Origin: Escherichia phage DCP80
Strand: one strand, 5' to 3'
Length of the DNA stretch: 64,000 nucleotides
Sequence record: PQ671644.1
Shown here: piece by piece, positions 1 to 9,146 of the stretch
How positions within the stretch are numbered: the stretch's first letter is position 1
Layout: the number at the start of each line of letters is the position of its first letter
Program-made: the position numbers and the translations under genes
The notes under the pieces: model-generated
Databases searched by the model: none
Told to the model about the DNA's origin: nothing
Seen by the model: the letters and a program-made list of their open reading frames with translations, nothing else

Positions 1-173
1 GCACAAATGATTTCGGTTACATAATCATAGCCGTCTGCACTTGATATTGATTTAACTTCAAACCAACCGCCATTTTCTTGGATGATGTCGACCATACTAG
101 CATTCGATGAACTAATATCAATGAAAGATTTAATACGATGTGGATTGAACTCATATTTTTTGCCGATTTCCAT
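1..173 (-). CDS. hypothetical protein, N-terminal part only (gene runs off the window start)
   Basis: Minus-strand ATG at 171-173 preceded by GAGGAA RBS; open frame to position 1 (MEIGKKYEFNPHRIKSF...). Lies downstream of gene 32 in transcription, where T4 has small frd-side ORFs. Confidence 0.45.
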   Translation of the reverse strand, partial: MEIGKKYEFNPHRIKSFIDISSSNASMVDIIQENGGWFEVKSISSADGYDYVTEIIC

Positions 174-211
174 TTTTATTTCCTCAGTTGTTATCAGTAG
201 TTGATGGAACC

Positions 212-241
212 ATTATGCCTTAGCTCAAGGGACTTGTACAC
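212..241 (-). promoter_or_regulatory. T4-type early promoter (-35 GTGTAC, 18-nt spacer, -10 CATAAT)
   Basis: Minus strand reads GTGTAC-18nt-CATAAT followed by conserved CATCAACTACTGA leader and GAGGA RBS; same architecture recurs at more than 12 sites in the window. Confidence 0.5.
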
Positions 242-250
242 TACTTTTTG

Positions 251-280
251 AAAATAAAAAAGGGACCCGAAGGTCCCCTT
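251..280 (-). terminator. rho-independent terminator after gene 32
   Basis: GGGACC-CGAA-GGTCCC hairpin (CUUCGG loop on the minus strand) followed by a U-run on the minus strand, directly after the gene 32 stop. Confidence 0.6.
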
Positions 281-283
281 ATA

Positions 284-1195
284 TTAAAGGCCAGCCAGAA
301 GGTCGTCAAGACCATCATCAGAAGGCTCTGGAGTGCTTGGAGCAGTCGCAGTGCGTTCAGACTTAGCAGGTTTGCTGGAAGTGAAGTCTTCCATATCTTT
401 ATCAAAATCGTCCAGGTCAGCACCCAGTTTATCGGCTTGCGCAGCAGCTTTAGAAGCAGCACCACCGAGAGCAGCTGTACCCATTACTTTAGAGAATTTC
501 TTCTGATTCTCTTCAAGAGATTTAAATACCAGCAATTCATTCAGGTCAGACATTTCGTCCCAAAGTTTTTTCTGGAATGCTTCATCATTGATGCCAGCGA
601 TTTCAGACTGGTTCATGAATTTGGAATCATCGTAGTTTTTATAACCGGAAACCATTTTAGATTTCAGTACGAAGTTCGCACCTTCAAAAGGACAGGTTAC
701 ATCAATAGCTGTTTCGCCCATGTCAACATCGACTTCAACCATCTGGTTGATTTTGTCCATGATTTTCTTACCAAAGCGATATTTGAATACTTGGCCTTCG
801 TTAGACGGAACAGCAGGGTCTTTAATGACCAGGATGTTAGCCCAGTAAGAAGTATTACGCTTCAGTTTACGATATTCGGATTCGTTTGTGTTGTACAGGT
901 CATTCTTGTTCATGTACGCACACACAGGGCAGTTTTCATAATCGCCGTGGGTAGAAGTACAGTTTTCAATATACCATTGACCGCCATTTTTAAAGCCGTG
1001 GTTAACGAGCTTGATGAACGGAGATGGATTTTCTTCATTCTTAGAAGGTAGGAAACGAATAACCGCAGAGCCGACGCCATCAGTATCTTTCAGTTTCCAT
1101 TCTTTTTTATCGTCAGAAGAGAAACCAGCACCACCTTTAAGAGCGTTAAGGGAAGCGGCGAGGTCAGCTGGGTTTTTACGTTTAAACATAGACAT
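284..1195 (-). CDS. 32: single-stranded DNA-binding protein gp32
   Basis: 303-aa ORF; translation matches T4 gp32 from memory (MFKRK..., [22 protein letters not shown], acidic C-terminus); AAGGA RBS 7 nt upstream; canonical 59-32 order. Confidence 0.92.
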   Translation of the reverse strand: MSMFKRKNPADLAASLNALKGGAGFSSDDKKEWKLKDTDGVGSAVIRFLPSKNEENPSPFIKLVNHGFKNGGQWYIENCTSTHGDYENCPVCAYMNKNDLYNTNESEYRKLKRNTSYWANILVIKDPAVPSNEGQVFKYRFGKKIMDKINQMVEVDVDMGETAIDVTCPFEGANFVLKSKMVSGYKNYDDSKFMNQSEIAGINDEAFQKKLWDEMSDLNELLVFKSLEENQKKFSKVMGTAALGGAASKAAAQADKLGADLDDFDKDMEDFTSSKPAKSERTATAPSTPEPSDDGLDDLLAGL

Positions 1196-1255
1196 ATGAT
1201 TTTCCTTAGATTATTTGATTTTTAGCAGTTGTTTTGATTACGTATTAATTATACT

Positions 1256-1924
1256 TCAAAGTGTTTGAAGCGTTATTTGACAGTTTTTAACGGTCTCGAT
1301 GAACAATTTACGAGCTTCAAGAGAATCTATATTTAAGATTTTCTTATAGGCATTTAGTTTGGTTGAATACTTTTCCCAAACCAAGTCGTTAGTCTGTTCA
1401 TCATGTTTATTTATAATACCTAAAAATGAATCAAGCAAACAAAACGTTTCAAATGAGATAACATTCGATTGGAGAAGTTTGAAAATATAACTTGTATTCA
1501 CTTTAGTATTATATTCGAAAATCTCTTGGAGCGATTTGACTTCGACTTTCTTACTGAAGTAATAGATGTTCTTTATATCATCTTCGTATACTTGTCTAAT
1601 TCTTTTAAGTCTGCCAATGTATTCTCTATAAAATATCAGAGCATCAGCATCACTTATATCGCCTATCCATGCATCCTGGTTTGCGACCAGGTTTGACATG
1701 AATATTAACGTTAATTCTTTAAGAGTGTACTTATCGCTAAGCTTTTCGAAAAAATACTTATCGCGACGTTTTTGATAAGCACTATCGGAGATTCGCATGG
1801 TCCAGTTATATTTGATAATATCATAACGACCCGAAAAATGCTGTTTGATGGATAAGTACAGTTGGTATACTGATTTACCATTTATATATCGGTTGTTATT
1901 TGGAGGCATGCGAATCGTAATCAT
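1256..1924 (-). CDS. 59: helicase loader gp59
   Basis: 222-aa ORF; strong match to T4 gp59 (KSVYKLYL, YNWCMR, FISNLVANQDAWIGDISDADAL, IFKLLQSN); lies between 33 and 32. Confidence 0.9.
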   Translation of the reverse strand: MITIRMPPNNNRYINGKSVYQLYLSIKQHFSGRYDIIKYNWTMRISDSAYQKRRDKYFFEKLSDKYTLKELTLIFMSNLVANQDAWIGDISDADALIFYREYIGRLKRIRQVYEDDIKNIYYFSKKVEVKSLQEIFEYNTKVNTSYIFKLLQSNVISFETFCLLDSFLGIINKHDEQTNDLVWEKYSTKLNAYKKILNIDSLEARKLFIETVKNCQITLQTL

Positions 1925-2214
1925 AACAAAAAGTCCAGCGTATTAGTTTTCTGTGTACGAGACATACTCGGACGAAGCAGGTTATCATCATATGCTTCAT
2001 TCATAATCTTATCGACGATTCCCGCAGGGATATATCGCGCAAAATTGCCCTCAGGAATTCCACGTTCTTCCAACCAGGCAGTTGTAGCTTCCAGATAAGA
2101 CATTTCAGTTGACTCAACCATGGCTTCAATATCAAGCCCGTTTTGCTGCTTACTAATCGCCCCGGAAGGCGATTCAGTTTTCTGTGTATCAAAATTAACT
2201 AAAGAGGACATCAT
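1921..2214 (-). CDS. 33: late transcription coactivator gp33 (start uncertain; ORF extends to 2307)
   Basis: C-terminus ...MSYLEATTAWLEE...NLLRP...KTNTLDFLL matches T4 gp33; ATG at 2214 has GGAG 4 nt upstream; alternative ATGs at 2241 and 2307 would overlap dsbA more. Confidence 0.7.
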   Translation of the reverse strand: MMSSLVNFDTQKTESPSGAISKQQNGLDIEAMVESTEMSYLEATTAWLEERGIPEGNFARYIPAGIVDKIMNEAYDDNLLRPSMSRTQKTNTLDFLL

Positions 2215-2464
2215 AGAGCTCCACAGCTTCGGTTTTTTCATCTTCAAAACGCTCACGGGTGCCTTTATGATACAGGCCGAGCTGTGTATTGAACATCTTA
2301 CCGTCAACGCCTAATTCGGTTTTTGCCTTGTCTTTAAGGTCTTTAATTTCGTCTGCATATGCTTCCATTTTTAATTTGGTATCGGAAGCAGCTTTAATCA
2401 GCTTGGCTAGTTCAGCGCCATGAGTATCAGGACAAAATTCAACTTTCACTTTTTTCTCTTTCAT
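2195..2464 (-). CDS. dsbA: dsDNA-binding protein DsbA
   Basis: 89-aa ORF (T4 DsbA is 89 aa) in the conserved position between rnh and 33; identification mainly by position and size. Confidence 0.75.
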   Translation of the reverse strand: MKEKKVKVEFCPDTHGAELAKLIKAASDTKLKMEAYADEIKDLKDKAKTELGVDGKMFNTQLGLYHKGTRERFEDEKTEAVELYDVLFS

Positions 2465-2472
2465 AATATACC

Positions 2473-3417
2473 TTAATAAAATTCAGCAATGTTTGCAGTT
2501 AGTTTAGACAGACCAGACTTAACAAAGTAAGGATAAACTTTACTTTTGGCTGGGATAACGTAGTTATTATATCGTTCTAAGATTGAAGCAGATATTTCCG
2601 TTGGGATAAAGTCCATATCAATCAACAATTGGTTTTCACAGAATCTATTATATTGCTCTTCTGTTAAAAGCGTTTTCAGCACGTCATGGTCGTAATAGTT
2701 GAGCGCAATTTGTTCAAGCTCGGCGGCACGTGTCGGTGGAGTACGTTCACCTTCTTCGTGAGTGTAATAAAAATCACCACGAACCTTGATGCTCGACACG
2801 TTATCTTTTTTGTCACCTTTAACAACCTTTGTCACGCAATCCATAAGGGCATCGCCTGATTTGGTTTTGACATATTTTTTCTGCATCGGGGACCATTGTT
2901 TCACCCCAGGGAATTTATGTAACTGGGTAAAGTCACCATCTGAAGAAACAACCATAACCGGATGGCCGAGACCAGTGAGCAATTTTGTTAATACCGCAAT
3001 ATGGTCATCAGCCTCGACTTTATCTATATTCATCACGATGTAAGGCATATGTTTTTCCATTTCATCGATGATGATGTGCATGGCAGCATGTAGACCTTCC
3101 CAATCGAATTGAGACTCTTCACGAGCTTTCGCACGGTTTTTCTTATAATAATAAGATTTAGTCCGCCGCCAATAGCCATTCTTCGAGTTATCAACACAAA
3201 TAATTGGAATCGTATAACCGAGCTTCTTGAACTGCACAATATTTTTTCTGATGGAGTTCAGAACCAGGTGTCTGGTCATTGCAGTTGTTACCTTCGGAAA
3301 GCCTGCGTCTTTGCCGAATTCCTGGAAGGCTGCAGCCATGATGAGCTGACTAAAATCGAGTAACTGAAAACCATCTTTTTGACGGTCTTCTTCAGGGAGT
3401 AAAAAATCTAAATTCAT
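2473..3417 (-). CDS. rnh: RNase H (5'-3' exonuclease / flap endonuclease)
   Basis: 314-aa ORF; matches T4 RNase H (GYWRR, YYKKNR.KAREES, DWEG, ADDHIAVL, SSDGDFTQLHK, KGDKKDNV, AGLSKLT). Confidence 0.9.
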   Translation of the reverse strand: MNLDFLLPEEDRQKDGFQLLDFSQLIMAAAFQEFGKDAGFPKVTTAMTRHLVLNSIRKNIVQFKKLGYTIPIICVDNSKNGYWRRTKSYYYKKNRAKAREESQFDWEGLHAAMHIIIDEMEKHMPYIVMNIDKVEADDHIAVLTKLLTGLGHPVMVVSSDGDFTQLHKFPGVKQWSPMQKKYVKTKSGDALMDCVTKVVKGDKKDNVSSIKVRGDFYYTHEEGERTPPTRAAELEQIALNYYDHDVLKTLLTEEQYNRFCENQLLIDMDFIPTEISASILERYNNYVIPAKSKVYPYFVKSGLSKLTANIAEFY

Positions 3418-3474
3418 ATGAACCTCTGTTCAATTAGTTGACTCGATTATATTAGCATAAAATTTTTAAAGCAA

Positions 3475-3482
3475 TATAAATA
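3475..3482 (+). promoter_or_regulatory. late promoter TATAAATA for gene 34
   Basis: Exact TATAAATA about 30 nt upstream of the gene 34 ATG. Confidence 0.6.
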
Positions 3483-3512
3483 CACGTATACCAATCAATA
3501 AGGATAAAGCAC

Positions 3513-4510
3513 ATGGCCGATATTTTAAAACCAGCATTCAGAGCAACATCCGGTCTCGATGCTGCTGGTGAGAAAGTCATTAATGTCGCGAAAGCTGATT
3601 ACTCAGTTTTATCAGACGGCGTTAACGTAGATTTCTTTATAGAAGAAAACACAGTTCAACAATATGATGCGACACGAGGATACAAAAAGAACTTTGCAGT
3701 TATTAACGATAACCGTATTTGGGTTGCTCAACGTGATATCGCGGCTCCGGCAGGAGCATTTACCCCTCAGTATTGGTTAGCAACCCGTACTGACCCGAAA
3801 TGGGAAACTGTTGCATCTCCAACTCGTCAGCTTAGCTCGGGTGAATTTATCGCGGTCGACTCAGCTGCAAGCTTTACCACATTTACATTGCCTCCGAACC
3901 CGACTGATGGTGATACCATCGTTATTAAAGATATCGGTGGCAATACCGGTTATAATGAAATCAAAGTTCAATCGAGCAATGTACCTGGTCAAGGTAACCA
4001 AAAGATTGTTCGTTTCGGTAACCAATTTACTGAAATATTAATCAGTAAGCCGTTCTCTTATAATATGCTTATTTTCTCTAACCGCTTATGGCAGTTCTGG
4101 GAAGCAGGTAACGAAGAACGCGGAATAAGAATTGAACCAAGCTCTGGCAAATATCGTGCACAGGCAGCAGACTTTATTATGCGCCATTACACGACCGCAG
4201 AGAAGATTACATTTGTTCTTCCTAAGTATGCTAACCAAGGCGATATTGTCAAATCAGTAGATATAGATGGATTAGGGCCATTATACCACCTGGATGTTGA
4301 AACGTTTGACGAGTCAAGTTCTCTGGGTAAACAAGGCCAACACAGTATGGAATTCCGTACTACTGGTGATGGTTTCTTCGTTTATAATGCCACCGAAAAA
4401 TTGTGGGTGACCTGGGACGGTGATAATAAAACTCGTTTGCGTGTAATTCGTGACAATGTAAAATTGTTACCAAACGAAAGTATCATCGTGTTCGGTAATG
4501 ATAACAACAC
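3513..4510 (+). CDS. 34: long tail fiber proximal subunit gp34, N-terminal 332 aa (truncated by N-run)
   Basis: Translation matches T4 gp34 N-terminus (DGVNVD, ENTVQQYD.TRGY, PAGAF, IFSNRLWQ, PLYH); AAGGA RBS; divergent to rnh as in T4. Confidence 0.9.
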
Positions 4511-4520
4511 NNNNNNNNNN
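4511..4520. other. N-run (scaffold junction)
   Basis: 10 n; flanking genes (34 fragment vs unrelated minus-strand gene) are not adjacent in T4. Confidence 0.95.
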
Positions 4521-4632
4521 TTAGAAACACGTACAATATCACCAGCTTCAACTTTCATAATTTTCTCTCTTGGTTAATAAGTTTATTCTCCAGCAGGGTC
4601 ATTATACTCTGACCCCAAGAGTTTGTACACAC

Positions 4633-5388
4633 TTAATTAAAAATTTCAACAACCATGGAACGTGGGACGACAGTAAATTCACCAGCATGGACAACGTTCA
4701 GGAGTTCAACACCATCTTCAATCCACTGATCTGTTACCCAACCACAAATGGAACTGTTAAATGGGCGTTTGATTTGAACTGGTTTACATAGCAAGTCAAT
4801 AGGGTCACCCAGTTCGCTAACTTCTTTCAGCAGTACAGATTCACGCGGATAAAGGATAGCTTCAAGATTGTCACCTGATTCATTAACCGCAGTAAATTCA
4901 AAGATGCTTTGGTGATTGTGGTACTTAACTGTTTTAACGGTAAATGGAGCAAATCCAAAAATACCTTTTAGTACACGCCAACCAGCATGCATTGCAACGG
5001 TCTTTCCAAACTGACTGGCATCTTCAATAAGCTGATAGGTTTTACCAACTTTGATAGGAGTTTCTTCAACTTCTTTGAAGAGTTCAATCTCAGCTTCATA
5101 AACCATAATTTTTTCTACTTCATTTGTATCAAGGCGACGTGCATGTAGAATATATGCTTTATCAAACCAGTTACTTTTTACAAAAGTTTCAACAATAAAT
5201 TCACCTTCGCCTAAAGCATCAGTCAGAGTATTATACCCAGAAACCATAGCTGCGTTTTGAATAATAGGTTCAATCAGTTGATAAGTTTTGTTAATTTCAA
5301 TAGTCATATTTTGTTTCTCAAGTTTTAATGGTTTAATTGGACGAACATACATACTTACAATATCAAAGTCAATAAATTCTGGTTTCAT
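4633..5388 (-). CDS. hypothetical protein (251 aa) with internal duplication
   Basis: Long ORF downstream of dexA in the early operon; contains repeated KTYQLIE segments; no family recognised. Confidence 0.5.
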   Translation of the reverse strand: MKPEFIDFDIVSMYVRPIKPLKLEKQNMTIEINKTYQLIEPIIQNAAMVSGYNTLTDALGEGEFIVETFVKSNWFDKAYILHARRLDTNEVEKIMVYEAEIELFKEVEETPIKVGKTYQLIEDASQFGKTVAMHAGWRVLKGIFGFAPFTVKTVKYHNHQSIFEFTAVNESGDNLEAILYPRESVLLKEVSELGDPIDLLCKPVQIKRPFNSSICGWVTDQWIEDGVELLNVVHAGEFTVVPRSMVVEIFN

Positions 5389-5645
5389 TATGCAACCTTA
5401 TTGAACATCGCCAGTTGATTAGGTTGTACAACCATAATTTCACGACGACCTTTTGCGTTTGACACGTTTAGGTAGATGCCTTTGTTCATGTCTGTTTCTT
5501 TATCATATACCGCAATTTTATTGACAGTAAAGATTTTACCACGAATATTTGCAAATGCACATTCAAACGCTTTAGTCAGACCTGCTTCAGCAGCTTGAAG
5601 AGCAGACATTTCATATTGTTGGCCAATTTCAAAAGAAGTAATCAT
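5388..5645 (-). CDS. hypothetical protein (85 aa)
   Basis: ATG at 5645 with GAGGA RBS inside the conserved leader; track ORF starts further upstream at 5693 within the promoter region. Confidence 0.5.
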   Translation of the reverse strand: MITSFEIGQQYEMSALQAAEAGLTKAFECAFANIRGKIFTVNKIAVYDKETDMNKGIYLNVSNAKGRREIMVVQPNQLAMFNKVA

Positions 5646-5676
5646 TTTGTTGTCCTCATCAGTAGTTGATGAGATG

Positions 5677-5706
5677 ATTATGTCTCTTTCCATTGACCTT
5701 GTACAC
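5677..5706 (-). promoter_or_regulatory. T4-type early promoter
   Basis: Minus strand GTGTAC-18nt-CATAAT followed by CATCAACTACTGATGAGGA. Confidence 0.5.
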
Positions 5707-5712
5707 TACTTT

Positions 5713-6396
5713 TTATCGTTTTTTCGGTAAAGATAACGGGTCTGCATCTTCTTCGGAAGGAACTTCATCCAAACCAAGGGCATAGCGCTGGGCATACTTC
5801 AACATCAAAATATCTTTCGCGCAGTCATGTACCGAATCGTGCGCCACGAATCCATCTAAAGCCCCTTTCGGTAATGGGGTTTCACACATCTTACGGACGA
5901 GTGACAAGGCTTCGATTGCCGTCCTGATATCACGCTGGTTCCAGAATACAACCGGCTCCAGGCCATAAGTGTTCAATTCACGCTCAGGAATCCCCTCATT
6001 GCGCTGTAGGTCGCGGATAAGGTCGACAAACAACGGGAAGTCAAAAGACATTCCACGGCACCACATAAGGCTTTCGTATTTGTTAATTCCATTACCGTTC
6101 AGATAGTCAATCGCCTGTTGGATACCGGTCAGAGTATCAACATCATGTGCAGAAGGAGCCAGGTTAACACGAGCTTCTGCTGATTGCTTTTTCCACCAAC
6201 CCATGGTTGTTGTGTCGAACAGACGCTTACCTTTTTGATATTCGAGACTGAACTTAATACGTTTGCCGCGATTAACCAGGGTTTCGAATGATTCCACAAT
6301 AGCAGGGTCAGATTCGAATGTAATCAGAGCCAGGTCAATAACGGCTCCCTTCGAGCCGTTTCCCAGAGTTTCAAAGTCAATAATAGCATCAATCAT
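5713..6396 (-). CDS. dexA: exonuclease A (DexA, DEDD-type)
   Basis: 227 aa (same length as T4 DexA); IIDFETLG motif near N-terminus; position immediately downstream of dda. Confidence 0.75.
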   Translation of the reverse strand: MIDAIIDFETLGNGSKGAVIDLALITFESDPAIVESFETLVNRGKRIKFSLEYQKGKRLFDTTTMGWWKKQSAEARVNLAPSAHDVDTLTGIQQAIDYLNGNGINKYESLMWCRGMSFDFPLFVDLIRDLQRNEGIPERELNTYGLEPVVFWNQRDIRTAIEALSLVRKMCETPLPKGALDGFVAHDSVHDCAKDILMLKYAQRYALGLDEVPSEEDADPLSLPKKR

Positions 6397-6628
6397 CGCA
6401 CATCTCTTTTAATTTCTGAATTTCGCCAGCAACATAGTCGGAGATAAAAATCCCTGGCTCTTCATTGTTAAAATATTCAATCGCGGCCATACGTTTCCGA
6501 ATAAGGTCCAGTTCCAGTAAAACGTAATTGCCCTGTTGGACGATAGTCGGATTATCTTCGAAAAATTCAACGGCATCTTTAATACCGTAGATGAGATTAT
6601 CTAAATCTTCTTTATGTACCTTATACAT
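6389..6628 (-). CDS. hypothetical protein (79 aa; dexA.2 position)
   Basis: Start chosen at the Met shared with the duplicate copy (52561..52800); 8-nt overlap with dda. Confidence 0.5.
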   Translation of the reverse strand: MYKVHKEDLDNLIYGIKDAVEFFEDNPTIVQQGNYVLLELDLIRKRMAAIEYFNNEEPGIFISDYVAGEIQKLKEMCDD

Positions 6629-7949
6629 AATATGCGTCGTACCTCGCTCGTGTGATTCCAACATAAGCCAACTGGCTCGCTAATGAAGCTTCGGCCATAT
6701 GGATGCATGGAGTATAGATGAATGCTTTGTCCACTGAAACGCCCTGGGCCTTGTGGATTGTACTAACCGGAAGAGCACGAACTTTCAAGAAGGTCCGGCG
6801 AGCTTTCCAGAAGTCTTTCCACTCTGGACGTTTACCAGCGGCTTTCATCTGTTTGTATGTGTCAGCAACTTTAGCCAGATATGCCTGGAATTTCGGTTGC
6901 TGGTCTTCTGGTAAAACTTTGATGCGGTCAACCTGATATTCTTCATCTTCATCAATTGACTCAACTTCCAGGTCCCAGTAATTAATCACTAACTGGTGCG
7001 ATTCACCTTTACAACGGAGAATTGTGGAAGTGTATTTGCAATCCTTGATGCGAACCAACTGACCATTATTAAAAATGGTTTCGCTGAATTTCTTGCCTTC
7101 AAATTCCAGCTCTTTCATGTGTGGCTCTTGCATAACCAGGACTTCATACGGTAAAAATGCTTTATCCGTTTCATAGAGCTTGCGACGAATAATATTGTTC
7201 AGTTTTTCAACTGATTTATTCGTGTACGCATACATCCTGTTTTCCATCAACATATCAGCATCTTTTACAATACCGAAATAGTTTACCATGAAATCCTTTA
7301 AAGCGGTTTGTGAGGTAAAACCCTGCACACCATGACCATCATACATACAGTCGCGGAACCAACCACCATTGCGAATTTCTGTCGCCACTTCAATGATAGG
7401 AGCATTGCTTCGCATGACTTCAGTCAGATGAATCTGTTTGAACTTAGGATGCGTAAAGAATGGGCTTATCTTTTGTTGTGTGCTTCCTGGGTCAACTGGC
7501 TGCAGCTGGTGCATATCACCAATCCCAAGAATAGTACACCATTCAGGAACAGAGTTAAGAATAATCTTAAACAGAGCCCCGTCATACATACTTGCTTCAT
7601 CACAAACCAGAACATTGCATTTTGACATGTCAGGCATTTCGCGCTGTTCAAAAACGTTTTGGTCTTCATATGTGGTCGGGTTAATCTTCAGAATACTATG
7701 GATTGTATTCGCCGTTTGACCAGACAATTTAGATAAAACTTTTTTCGCCTGGTGAGTTGGTGCAGCAAGTACAATTCCCATAACTCCATTACGCACTAAA
7801 TGGTCAATGACAAATTTTGTCAGAGTAGTTTTACCTGTACCAGCTGGACCATTCAGAGTGATACATTCCCCTGAACGTCGCTGAATAGCTTCAGTGATAT
7901 AATCAAAAGCTTCTTTTTGTCCTGTGTTCAAGTCTTCAAATTTAATCAT
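6621..7949 (-). CDS. dda: Dda DNA helicase (SF1)
   Basis: 442 aa; matches T4 Dda (GPAGTGKTTLTKF, LAAPTH.AKK.LSKLSG, CDE.SMYD, PFFTH, FNNGQLVRI, TPCIH, YVG.TR.RYD). Confidence 0.92.
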   Translation of the reverse strand: MIKFEDLNTGQKEAFDYITEAIQRRSGECITLNGPAGTGKTTLTKFVIDHLVRNGVMGIVLAAPTHQAKKVLSKLSGQTANTIHSILKINPTTYEDQNVFEQREMPDMSKCNVLVCDEASMYDGALFKIILNSVPEWCTILGIGDMHQLQPVDPGSTQQKISPFFTHPKFKQIHLTEVMRSNAPIIEVATEIRNGGWFRDCMYDGHGVQGFTSQTALKDFMVNYFGIVKDADMLMENRMYAYTNKSVEKLNNIIRRKLYETDKAFLPYEVLVMQEPHMKELEFEGKKFSETIFNNGQLVRIKDCKYTSTILRCKGESHQLVINYWDLEVESIDEDEEYQVDRIKVLPEDQQPKFQAYLAKVADTYKQMKAAGKRPEWKDFWKARRTFLKVRALPVSTIHKAQGVSVDKAFIYTPCIHMAEASLASQLAYVGITRARYDAYYV

Positions 7950-8245
7950 GCCAATTTTACTCGCTTAACATATAAAGTATCTAAAACTAATTTCAATTCT
8001 CGTGCGTGTTCTTCAGTAGGAAAAACAGTTTTTGTTTCCCGCTTATCAAACCACCATTTTCTGGGAATATACCGTGTTTCAATACGTCCCATGCGTAAAT
8101 AGCGGTTTGTAGTATATGAATAGTTGGCAAGTTCATACTCTGCGCCCGGTTTTGTGGTGTATAAGGTAACCTTTCCATCATACTCCAATGGGCGTTCAAA
8201 ACCATCTTTATCTTTGTGGACCAGCACATATGCGTAGTACATCAC
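7946..8245 (-). CDS. hypothetical protein (99 aa; dda.1 position)
   Basis: ORF overlapping dda start by 4 nt; 93% identical to duplicate at 50944..51243. Confidence 0.5.
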   Translation of the reverse strand: MMYYAYVLVHKDKDGFERPLEYDGKVTLYTTKPGAEYELANYSYTTNRYLRMGRIETRYIPRKWWFDKRETKTVFPTEEHARELKLVLDTLYVKRVKLA

Positions 8246-8246
8246 A

Positions 8247-8990
8247 TTAACCTCTAATCAGTTTAAAAATTGACGCGTTCAAAGGTAGACCTTTTTTCAG
8301 TTTAAGGCGGTCAATGAATGACAACTTATCTAAACGCTCCAGACCTTGAATAATTTTATCATACATATCGTAACGCGTTTCAGCGTCAGATGATTTCATT
8401 TTCAGACGCCAGTCAGGACCACCCATAACCATTTTCAGCCCGCGTTGACTAGTTCCGATGGAAGCCATTTGTCCATGGATACGAGCCTTGACTGCAATCA
8501 CAGAAGGGGTGGTATCTTTAGCGCCACTTTTATAAAGCTCTTTTAAATGTTTTTGACGCTTCTTGATTCCACGTTCGGTATCTTTAATATTTTTAACAAT
8601 TTTGCGAATTTTATAATAGTCAGCAGGAGTTACTTTAAAACTATTGGGCATCTTAGAACCGCCATTAATACGCACCGCCAAACGAGTCTGCGCACGTTTA
8701 AGTTCATCAAGAGATAAATCAGCACGTAAACCGTTGTACTTAGTTTTGACAGGGATAACATTGCCTTCAATATAACCTATATCATTGTTAAAGCGTTCAA
8801 AGGAAACTTTATCTTGAGTTGAATTTTCATCAAAACGTTCACCAGAATACGCACAGAATTCTTGTTTCAAAAGATTGGCGATATACTTACTAGACAGATT
8901 GAAATCCTTGTTACGACGTTTTGCAGACGTTTTGGTATGCTCGCGACGTTTGTAAACTTTCAATTCAAACTCTTCTTTTGACATATTCAT
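8247..8990 (-). CDS. hypothetical protein (247 aa) at the srd position
   Basis: ORF with own early promoter; conserved N-terminal block (AKRR.KDFNL, CAYSGE, ERFNNDIGYI.GNVIPV) and C-terminus shared with the diverged copy at 50196..50942. Confidence 0.55.
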   Translation of the reverse strand: MNMSKEEFELKVYKRREHTKTSAKRRNKDFNLSSKYIANLLKQEFCAYSGERFDENSTQDKVSFERFNNDIGYIEGNVIPVKTKYNGLRADLSLDELKRAQTRLAVRINGGSKMPNSFKVTPADYYKIRKIVKNIKDTERGIKKRQKHLKELYKSGAKDTTPSVIAVKARIHGQMASIGTSQRGLKMVMGGPDWRLKMKSSDAETRYDMYDKIIQGLERLDKLSFIDRLKLKKGLPLNASIFKLIRG

Positions 8991-9036
8991 GATATTTTTC
9001 TCATCTTACGGACGATTGAAAACTCAGTATGGATTC

Positions 9037-9065
9037 ATTATACACTATACATCTTTTATGTACAC
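9037..9065 (-). promoter_or_regulatory. T4-type early promoter
   Basis: Minus strand GTGTAC-17nt-TATAAT followed by GATTCATACTGAGTT leader. Confidence 0.5.
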
Positions 9066-9146
9066 TACTTTTTAGCCTTTAACGCTTTTATTTTTACTGT
9101 GTATAATGGTTCTAAGGTCTTTGGCCTTTTGTTAACCCAGAATACT

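Noticed and set aside
1196-1255. Gene 32 leader as an autoregulatory translational operator
   Set aside because: Known in T4, but the pseudoknot and A/U-rich operator could not be confidently delineated here by eye; left unannotated.
9085-9140. TATAATGGTTCT motif (also 50061..50090 and 56905..56920) as an additional promoter class
   Set aside because: Orientation would drive antisense transcription into neighbouring genes in two of three cases, and at 56903 it forms the arm of the inverted repeat; insufficient evidence for a promoter.
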